From the sequence record CP132210.1: a stretch of 64,000 nucleotides of DNA; one strand, written 5' to 3'. The first letter of the stretch is position 1. The number at the start of each line of letters is the position of its first letter. Under the pieces are notes generated by a model. The model saw only the letters and a list, made by a program, of their open reading frames with translations. It had not been told where the DNA came from and did not search any database. This stretch comes from a plasmid. Made by a program: the position numbers and the translations under genes. Below, one piece after another: positions 57,747-64,000 of the stretch.

Positions 57747-58397
57747 TTATGCGGCTTTCTCGTCATCAGTTTTTGCAGCTTCGGCTGCGAGTTCGTTGTC
57801 GCCGGTTACAGATTCCGGGGCGGCCTGGGCTACTTCCCCTTCTTTGCCCTTGGTGTGGGCGGAAATGCGGGCTCGTTTCTCGATGCCGATGATGCGACCG
57901 GCCAGTTTAATAAGACGTTGCTGCCATTGATACGTGGCGTCGGTGCGCTGTTTGCTGGTCAGTACAGTGTTCAACCAGAGGGTATCAACGATCCCCATCA
58001 GGGTATCCAGCTTGCGGATCAGGTGTGCAAACTGGGCAACTTGGGGAGAGTTGATCTCGATGGTGTATTCGGTCGGGTTGGTGTAGCCGGGCATCATGTC
58101 GATGCCGTTGTCTTCCATCAGCTTGTTGAGCTGGGCGGTAGCTTTGTCCAAGTCTTCGGAAACCTTGGCGATGTGCTCCAGGATGACGGTTTCAACCTGG
58201 TCAATTTCGTCCTGCTCACCGATGATCCGAAGAATAACGTCGATGGAAAACAGGGAGTTGGATACTCGCTCAAAGCTGCGTTCCATGACGCGCTGGGCCT
58301 GGAGGCTGTTTACTTTCAGAGCTTGTTTGAAAACAGGGCGAGAGTAGTGGTTGTTGCGGTCGCTGCTTGTGCCTACTGCTGCTTGTGCTTCTGCCAT
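57747..58397 (-). CDS. Hypothetical antiparallel-helical protein (216 aa) between traN and the recombination module; candidate regulator
   Basis: Predicted all-helical with an acidic C-terminal tail. Its position corresponds to where IncC plasmids encode an accessory regulator (AcaB), but no motif confirms this. Confidence 0.45.
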   Translation of the reverse strand: MAEAQAAVGTSSDRNNHYSRPVFKQALKVNSLQAQRVMERSFERVSNSLFSIDVILRIIGEQDEIDQVETVILEHIAKVSEDLDKATAQLNKLMEDNGIDMMPGYTNPTEYTIEINSPQVAQFAHLIRKLDTLMGIVDTLWLNTVLTSKQRTDATYQWQQRLIKLAGRIIGIEKRARISAHTKGKEGEVAQAAPESVTGDNELAAEAAKTDDEKAA

Positions 58398-58477
58398 TAG
58401 AGATACTCCTAAGTTGAGGTACAGATAAACGCACAGAAAGGATAAATGCGGTCAATCTGTAACCTGACATCCCGAAG

Positions 58478-58493
58478 TGCCCAAAATGGACAG
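58478..58493. promoter_or_regulatory. Activator-box-like inverted repeat copy 7 (TGCCCAAAATGGACAG)
   Basis: In the divergent region, 80 bp from the start of the 57747 gene and about 200 bp from the 58689 gene. Confidence 0.45.
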
Positions 58494-58564
58494 TTACAGC
58501 GTTTTATGTTTAGTCAAGGTGAGCTATATTTAAGCCATCTTAGTCGCTCTGCGGCTATAAGTGA

Positions 58565-58688
58565 GATAGCTGGTCTCCGAAAACAAACAGCATCTAGTCT
58601 TATGCCGTATGGCATTTCTTAACCCCAAACCGGGGGCTTCTCCCGGTTTTTCGGGTGTTGCCCCTGCTTTAACTATAGGAGCAACACC
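58565..58688 (+). promoter_or_regulatory. Leader module U1: conserved GATAGCTGGTCTCCGAAAACAAACAGCA box, small palindrome, terminator-like hairpin, RBS-sequestering hairpin
   Basis: AAACCGGGggcttctCCCGGTTTTT hairpin. GGTGTTGC...GGAGCAACACC pairs across the RBS, ending 1 nt before the ATG. Confidence 0.5.
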
Positions 58689-59009
58689 ATGCACATCATC
58701 ACTTTCATTGTAGTTCTGCTTGCATCTCTGGGCGCATTGTACGTGGGCGCGAAGGCATTTGCTTATTCCTTCATCGTTCTCGCTAAAGTGTTCCAGCGTA
58801 TCGGTTTGTTCCTTTGGAACAAATTTGCAGTTCCTGCAATGCGGTCTGTGCAGGCCGTCATCAAAGAACGCGCTGCTAAGGCTAAACAAGCCAAAGCAGT
58901 CGTTGGGCCTGAGGTAACTCAAGCTCAAGAAGTCGCTAAACAAGAACCTGATTGGGATTATCTCGAAATTCCGACTTACCTGCGTAAAGGAAAGGACCTT
59001 GTTTGGTAA
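58689..59009 (+). CDS. Membrane protein carrying an FtsZ C-terminal-peptide mimic
   Basis: N-terminal TM helix or helices (MHIITFIVVLLASLGALYVGAKAFAYSFIVLAKVF), a Lys/Ala-rich linker, and C-terminal ...KQEPDWDYLEIPTYLRKGKDLVW. Compare the E. coli FtsZ tail KEPDYLDIPAFLRKQAD. Confidence 0.55.
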   Translation: MHIITFIVVLLASLGALYVGAKAFAYSFIVLAKVFQRIGLFLWNKFAVPAMRSVQAVIKERAAKAKQAKAVVGPEVTQAQEVAKQEPDWDYLEIPTYLRKGKDLVW

Positions 59010-59040
59010 TAACTGTCGCTGAGCAATCTTCGACACTTTC

Positions 59041-59103
59041 AAACCCATCGGGGCAATCATTCCCCGATGGGGATGTTGCCCCTTTTTAATTGGGAGCAAC
59101 ATC
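59041..59103 (+). promoter_or_regulatory. Leader module (short form): palindromic hairpin plus RBS-sequestering hairpin
   Basis: CCCATCGGGGcaatcattCCCCGATGGGG is a perfect 10-bp-arm hairpin. GATGTTGC...GGAGCAACATC pairs across the RBS. Confidence 0.5.
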
Positions 59104-59205
59104 ATGGAGATCATGGAGCTCGCTATCATCGTTTTGTGCATCCCTACAGGTTGGGCAATCTCTCGTCCTTTCGTGAGAATTGCTGAATCGTTCGGCTGCT
59201 GCTGA
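59104..59205 (+). CDS. Small hydrophobic peptide (33 aa)
   Basis: MEIMELAIIVLCIPTGWAISRPFVRIAESFGCC. Sits directly behind a leader module with the same RBS geometry as the neighbouring genes. Confidence 0.3.
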   Translation: MEIMELAIIVLCIPTGWAISRPFVRIAESFGCC

Positions 59206-59320
59206 TAGTCAACGCAAAGGGAGGGGGTCCCCTCTCTTTCTGGTCAAGCCTCTGTGGCTTGTCCTCCAAGCCTTCTGGTGTCAGTTGGCTTTGACGACAA
59301 GCTACAGGGGGAATGTCGAA

Positions 59321-59505
59321 TGCAACAGAATATTCATGTTTACGACGATCACGCTGGCATCATCTATCTATCTGATGGACGCGAGGTGAAATTTGATCCG
59401 AAACTGTACTCCAGCTCCTACCAGGCGCACAGCGAAGCAGTGAAGTGGGCCAAAGAAACCGGGGTCATTGGTCAAGACGACGATGTGGCGATGTTCGTCC
59501 ATTGA
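59321..59505 (+). CDS. Small protein (61 aa)
   Basis: Internal ATG (MQQNIHVYDD...). The longer ORF-track extension lacks an RBS. Confidence 0.3.
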
Positions 59506-59583
59506 GGGAGTAGCCTCCAGAGAGGGGCTACTCTCCTCGTTTCCTAAAAGTCTACTTACTCATGGTGAAGCCATCAGTAAGCA

Positions 59584-59724
59584 GATTTTGTCCTCTCTGA
59601 GGGCGAAAACGTGCGATAGCTGGTCGCCAAAAACAAACAGCAAATTAACGTTAATTTTACTAGCCCAACCGGGCGCATCCGCCCGGTTCGGGACGTGGTG
59701 CGCCTGTCAAAATAGGAGCGCACC
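59584..59724 (+). promoter_or_regulatory. Leader module U2 (95-bp core 59584..59678 repeated at 63906..64000), hairpin and RBS-sequestering hairpin
   Basis: Contains the GATAGCTGGTCGCCAAAAACAAACAGCA box, CCGGGCGcatccGCCCGG hairpin, and GGTGCGCC...GGAGCGCACC pairing across the RBS. Confidence 0.55.
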
Positions 59725-60694
59725 TATGTCTCAATACTCTCAATTTTCAGTAAGCAAGGTTTTCGGTATGCCAAGCATTCCGGAGAAGGTAACTGCCATC
59801 GGCTACGCTGACGGTTCAAACCCCTTCATCCCTGCCACTGATACAAACTACGTTTTCCGCAAAGAGTTTCTGCGAGAGGTCTTGGCCTATCTCAAAGAGC
59901 CTGGCGGTGACGCATTGTTCGTAACCGGACCTACCGGGTCCGGTAAAACCTCAGGTATCACCGAGATCGCTGGTCGTCTTAACTGGCCTGTTCAGCAAAT
60001 CACTGCCCACGGGCGGATGGAACTGACAGATCTGATTGGACATCATGCTCTGGTCGCGGAAAAACCGGGTCAACCGCCTGTCATGAAGTTCATGTATGGA
60101 CCTCTGGCAGTCGCTATGCGTGAAGGCCATCTTCTCCTCATCAACGAGGTTGATTTGGCTGACCCTGCCGAGCTGGCTGGTCTCAACGATGTTCTTGAAG
60201 GACGTCCTCTTGTGATCGCTCAGAATGGTGGGGAAATCATCAAGCCACACCCGATGTTTCGTGTGGTCGTTACTGGTAACTCTACGGGGTCCGGTGATGC
60301 TTCTGGTTTGTACCAGGGGGTGATGATGCAGAACCTCGCTGCTATGGATCGCTATCGTTTTACCAAAGTAGGGTATGCGGATGAGGAAGCTGAACTCAGC
60401 ATTCTTGGCCGTGTTACTCCGAAACTTCCGGAAAATGTGCGGAAGGGGATGGTTCGGATTGCTAATCAGGTCCGCAAACTGTTTCTTGGTGAAAACGGAG
60501 AAGATGGTCAGCTCAGCATCACCATGTCCACCCGGACGTTGGTACGTTGGGCAAAACTGTCTCTTGCGTTCCGTGGTGCCCCCAACGCCCTTGAATACGC
60601 TCTGGATCAAGCTCTGCTTATCCGGGCGGCCAAAGAGGAGCGTGAAGCCATCCTGCGTGTTGCGAAGGATGTGTTTGGGGATCAGTGGCGCTAA
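59725..60694 (+). CDS. CobS-like MoxR-family AAA+ ATPase
   Basis: Walker A GPTGSGKTS. Walker B LLLINEVD. Sensor TGN. 323 aa, typical of the phage/plasmid CobS-like family. Confidence 0.75.
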
Positions 60695-60705
60695 GGGGGG
60701 GACGC

Positions 60706-61611
60706 ATGAAGAAAAATGACTGTTTGTGCCGTCGTTACACATTCACGGATGCGTCAACGTCGGAAACATTCGAGGTATTTATTGGCTACAAAGTTCTCCG
60801 AGAACCCAGCCCCTCGGGGCCAGGCCAATTCACGATGGTGAAGCTAAACCGAACCGTCACGGATGGAAAAGCTGAAAACTGGTCTGAGACAAAGCTCGAA
60901 GTACCATTTGAAGCAAACGGCCCGGACACGATCCCAATGTCCTACAAGGACAAAGAAAGCCAGTATGTGTCACAGTTTCTCAGCCAGGGGTACACCTTTC
61001 TGGATGAGGTGCTGGTAAACGCAGAGACACAGACTGTGCTAGAAGGGGGGGGTGTTTCAGCCGGACAAGCAGCCAGCTTGGGGTCTATCAACTGGCTGTT
61101 ATCTCCGCCTTCTGAGTTACCTCCAGGTGACATAAACCTCTTCAAAGGTTTTGTTACTGGGGTTTTTGCCAAAGGAGCCAGTTTAATCGGCTTTGAGGTT
61201 GCTCGGAACGAAAGCTCAAACGACTTGCTACCCAGTGTGCTGATGCGTACTGACAGCGGTTATGAGCTTGGGGTTAGCACTGGGCTAGGCGAGAACACTA
61301 TCCATCCAGCCACGCTGGAAGGCGCTGGTGAACTCCGCCCGGAACATGGTCACAAACCCCTGCTGATGCTGATTTACCTGCAACAACGTTTCGCGGATGA
61401 CTTTTCAAACGTAGAGAAGCCGCTGGTGGCATTCTGTGATGAACAGGGTGATACCTTCGACTACGAGCGTTTTGATTCACTAAAACCCCTCATTGAACGG
61501 TTTGGTTTCAGCTATGACGAAGTAAGAGCAGATGCAGAAAGGCTTGGCCTTGTATCTGAGCTGATTCGCCTAGCAGAGATCGACGCCGAACAAGAGGATC
61601 TCTTTTTTTAA
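60706..61611 (+). CDS. Hypothetical partner protein downstream of the CobS-like ATPase (302 aa)
   Basis: No VWA/MIDAS motif recognised. Start at MKKND. Confidence 0.45.
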   Translation: MKKNDCLCRRYTFTDASTSETFEVFIGYKVLREPSPSGPGQFTMVKLNRTVTDGKAENWSETKLEVPFEANGPDTIPMSYKDKESQYVSQFLSQGYTFLDEVLVNAETQTVLEGGGVSAGQAASLGSINWLLSPPSELPPGDINLFKGFVTGVFAKGASLIGFEVARNESSNDLLPSVLMRTDSGYELGVSTGLGENTIHPATLEGAGELRPEHGHKPLLMLIYLQQRFADDFSNVEKPLVAFCDEQGDTFDYERFDSLKPLIERFGFSYDEVRADAERLGLVSELIRLAEIDAEQEDLFF

Positions 61612-61699
61612 CCCTTGCGGGGCTTACTCCCCAACATGGGCTTGGCCCTCTCCAAGTAATTTGGAAGTCAATTTGGTTGGCGGGTAACTCCGCCAACTC

Positions 61700-61780
61700 T
61701 TACTAAACCCCACGGGGGCACCAATGCCCCGATGGGGAATGGTGTCCTCTAAACGTTCATTCGTGAATTGGAGAAACACC
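61700..61780 (+). promoter_or_regulatory. Leader module upstream of bet (two hairpins)
   Basis: CCCCACGGGGgcaccaatgCCCCGATGGGG hairpin. TGGTGTCCTC...GAGAAACACCA imperfect pairing across the RBS. Confidence 0.45.
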
Positions 61781-62776
61781 ATGTCAACTGATAGCAAATC
61801 CCTTATAACCCGCATTGCCTCTCGGTACGGTGTTGATAGCACCAAGTTTTTTGAAACCTTGAAAGCAACTGCGTTTAAGCAACGTGATGGCTCCGCTCCA
61901 ACCAACGACCAAATGATGGTTCTTCTGGTTGTGGCAGAGCAATACAACCTTAATCCGTTTACTCGGGAGATCTATGCGTTTCCTGATAGACAAAACGGGA
62001 TCATCCCGGTAGTGGGTGTTGACGGTTGGAGCCGCATCATCAACGAGCATCCCCAGCATGATGGTGTCGAGTTCGTGTATGCGGACAAGATGGTCAGAAT
62101 GGAGGGAGCAAACGTTGATTGCCCTGAGTGGATAGAATGCGTGATTTACCGTAAGGACAGATCACGCCCTATCCGGATCAAGGAGTTCATTGACGAAGTT
62201 TACCGAGGGCCAGCGCATAAAAATGGGCAAAACGGCCCTTATGTTGTCAATGGCCCTTGGCAAACACACACCAAGCGTCAACTCCGGCACAAGTCACTGA
62301 TCCAGTGTTCTCGTGTCGCGTTCGGTTTCAGTGGTATTTACGACCAAGATGAAGCAGAACGTATCCGTGAAATGGAGCAGGCATCAGCCATTAACCCGGC
62401 CATTGCAAGCCTCCCTTCACCGGCACAAGTTCATAGCCAGGAGCCTTTGGCTATTGAGCACAAAGAGCTTGACCCGATCCTAATCAAACTCGCAAATCGC
62501 GCTATTGCTGAAAACGCATGGTCTGCGGCGCATGAGTATTTGAAGGGACGGTATGAGGGTTCGGAACTGCAATATGCGACTCAATTCCTTCGTGAGAAGG
62601 AGATGGATCAAATGGAGCCTCCGAAACCTGACTACCAGGAAGCGCACGAGCAAGCCTCCACTGCTGGTGGTTCTGCGAATGCCGAACCTGTTGCCGCCGA
62701 AGTCGTGCCACCTTTGAGTGACGAGGACATGCTCCTTGTTGCAGAAGAGGAGGGTGCGCAAGGCTGTTATTACTAA
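61781..62776 (+). CDS. bet: RecT/Red-beta family single-strand annealing protein Bet
   Basis: RecT-family core (...LNPFTREIYAFPDRQNGIIPVVGVDGW...). C-terminal acidic tail. Confidence 0.8.
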   Translation: MSTDSKSLITRIASRYGVDSTKFFETLKATAFKQRDGSAPTNDQMMVLLVVAEQYNLNPFTREIYAFPDRQNGIIPVVGVDGWSRIINEHPQHDGVEFVYADKMVRMEGANVDCPEWIECVIYRKDRSRPIRIKEFIDEVYRGPAHKNGQNGPYVVNGPWQTHTKRQLRHKSLIQCSRVAFGFSGIYDQDEAERIREMEQASAINPAIASLPSPAQVHSQEPLAIEHKELDPILIKLANRAIAENAWSAAHEYLKGRYEGSELQYATQFLREKEMDQMEPPKPDYQEAHEQASTAGGSANAEPVAAEVVPPLSDEDMLLVAEEEGAQGCYY

Positions 62777-62838
62777 CCCCAACGGGGGGGACTCCCCCGC
62801 AGGGGGAGGTCTCCCTCCTAACCACTGGAGAGAGGTCC
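62777..62838 (+). promoter_or_regulatory. Leader module upstream of exo
   Basis: CCCCAACGGGGGGGACTCCCCCGCAGGGGG G/C hairpin, then a partially self-complementary segment over the RBS. Confidence 0.4.
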
Positions 62839-63849
62839 ATGAAAATAGTCAACCTATCGCAACGCGAGGAAGATTGGCTTGCTTGGCGGCGTCAAGGTGT
62901 AACAGCCACTGACGCCGCTATCCTGCTCAATCGGTCTCCGTACAAAACCCGATGGAGGTTGTGGGCCGAGAAGACTGGGTATGCGCGTGAAGTCGATCTG
63001 AGTCTCAATCCGCTGGTTCGCCGGGGGATAGAAAACGAAGATGCTGCAAGACGCGCTTTCGAGGAGAAGTATGATGACATGCTGCTCCCCGTCTGTGTCG
63101 AATCGGTTCAATACCCGCTCATGAGGGCCTCCCTGGACGGCCTGAGAGACAACGGGGAACCCGTCGAGCTGAAAAGCCCGAGTGCGACTGTTTGGGAAGA
63201 TGTTTGTGCAGAGAAAGCAAACAGCAAGGCATATCAGCTTTATTACCCGCAGGTGCAACACCAGCTCCTGGTAACGGGTGCCAAGCAAGGCTGGCTAGTC
63301 TTCTACTTTGAAGGTCAGATTCAGGAGTATCCAATACTCCGAGACGAAGCCATGATTCAAGAAATCTTGGCCGAAGCTAAAAAGTTCTGGCAACAGGTAG
63401 TAGACAGGAAGGAGCCCGACAAAGATCCGGAAAGAGACCTCTACATACCGCAAGGTGAAGAGGTCAATCGCTGGATTGCTGCTGCTGAGGAATACCGCCT
63501 CTATGATGCAGAGATTCAGGAGCTGAAACAGCGACTGGCTGAGCTTCAAGAAAGGCAAAAACCTCATCTCGACACAATGAAGTTCCTCATGGGGGAATAC
63601 TTCCATGCCGACTATTGCGGTGTGATGGTGACGAGATACAAAGCGGCTGGCCGGGTAGACTACAAAAGGCTGTTGGCAGATAAGGCGTCGGGCGTGAAGC
63701 CTGAGGATGTTGACCAATACAGAGAGAAGTCATCAGAGCGGTGCCGCGTAACGGTTACTGGTTCGGTGAAGCCACGGTACATTGTTGATGAGGACGTATT
63801 GGCTCCTCTTGATGATTTGCCGGAAGAAGTAGAGACATTCTACTGGTGA
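62839..63849 (+). CDS. exo: YqaJ/lambda-Exo-family 5'-3' exonuclease
   Basis: WLAWRRQGVTATDAAILL...SLDG..ELKSP motif set of the YqaJ viral recombinase exonuclease family. 336 aa. Confidence 0.8.
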   Translation: MKIVNLSQREEDWLAWRRQGVTATDAAILLNRSPYKTRWRLWAEKTGYAREVDLSLNPLVRRGIENEDAARRAFEEKYDDMLLPVCVESVQYPLMRASLDGLRDNGEPVELKSPSATVWEDVCAEKANSKAYQLYYPQVQHQLLVTGAKQGWLVFYFEGQIQEYPILRDEAMIQEILAEAKKFWQQVVDRKEPDKDPERDLYIPQGEEVNRWIAAAEEYRLYDAEIQELKQRLAELQERQKPHLDTMKFLMGEYFHADYCGVMVTRYKAAGRVDYKRLLADKASGVKPEDVDQYREKSSERCRVTVTGSVKPRYIVDEDVLAPLDDLPEEVETFYW

Positions 63850-63905
63850 GTGGGGGGGTCCCCCGCTTTCCCTTGGTGATTCTGAGAGTCGCCAACGGAA
63901 AGCAA

Positions 63906-64000
63906 GATTTTGTCCTCTCTGAGGGCGAAAACGTGCGATAGCTGGTCGCCAAAAATAAACAGCAAATTAACGTTAATTTTACTAGCCCAACCGGGCGCAT
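63906..64000 (+). repeat. Leader module U3, a near-identical direct repeat of 59584..59678 (truncated by the window edge)
   Basis: 94 of 95 bp identical to U2 (one C/T difference). Confidence 0.9.

Noticed and set aside
57747-58397. Calling the 216-aa helical protein AcaB outright
   Set aside because: Only position (between traN and the bet module) supports this. I cannot recall the AcaB sequence, so it is left as a candidate regulator.

Overview
The window reads as a contiguous piece of an IncA/C-family (MOB-H) conjugative plasmid backbone; family-level calls rest on motifs and gene order, not on any database search.

Layout, left to right:
- Replication module: a 366-aa RepA (1..1101) followed by about 14 degenerate ~20-bp iterons (1207..1964) and an AT-rich unwinding region.
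- A long accessory/maintenance block of small, mostly uncharacterised genes (2.1..14.3 kb). Recognisable members are a PAPS-reductase-family PP-loop protein, a NERD-like membrane nuclease, SppA, a membrane-anchored DsbA-like protein, a secreted thermonuclease and an HU-like protein.
- parA-parB plus a small wHTH gene (14.4..16.7 kb).
- A methylase/unknown block (16.8..25.0 kb): a truncated N6-MTase-like gene, an atypical C5-MTase, a P-loop protein and an AP2-domain protein. A complete 1195-bp IS5 copy has inserted into a small Cys-rich ORF in this block.
- Topoisomerase III (topB) divergent from the transfer genes.
- The transfer region (28.7..56.7 kb): MobH-type relaxase traI, traD, traL-E-K-B-V-A, a giant ~1830-aa Ig-like exported protein (orf1832-like), dsbC-traC, trhF/traF-traW, an EAL-domain gene, traU and traN.
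- A recombination module (59.7..63.8 kb): CobS-like AAA+ ATPase, a 302-aa partner, Bet and Exo.

Four classes of dispersed non-coding signal overlay the genes:
- (i) A perfect 16-22-bp palindrome ACTTTCACATGTGAAAGT in 7 copies, including one just upstream of parA. It is a candidate parS or global operator.
- (ii) A TGCCCAAAATGGGCA-type inverted repeat in 7 copies, each 60-110 bp upstream of the start of a transfer operon or other operon. It is a candidate site for an AcaCD/SetCD-like master activator.
- (iii) An ATAAAATGATGCTGTAAA-type promoter motif in 4 strong copies, plus one weak partial match in the promoter region between the 58-kb lipoprotein and antiparallel-helical genes.
- (iv) A family of repeated leader modules in front of five genes between 58.5 and 62.8 kb (an intrinsic-terminator-like hairpin followed by a hairpin that sequesters the RBS and start codon); a sixth, truncated copy reaches the window edge. 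This family includes a 95-bp near-identical direct repeat flanking the cobS-like/bet/exo block.

The most unusual coding feature is a 106-aa membrane protein (58689..59009) whose C-terminus closely mimics the conserved FtsZ C-terminal peptide (EPDWDYLEIPTYLRKGKD vs E. coli KEPDYLDIPAFLRKQAD).
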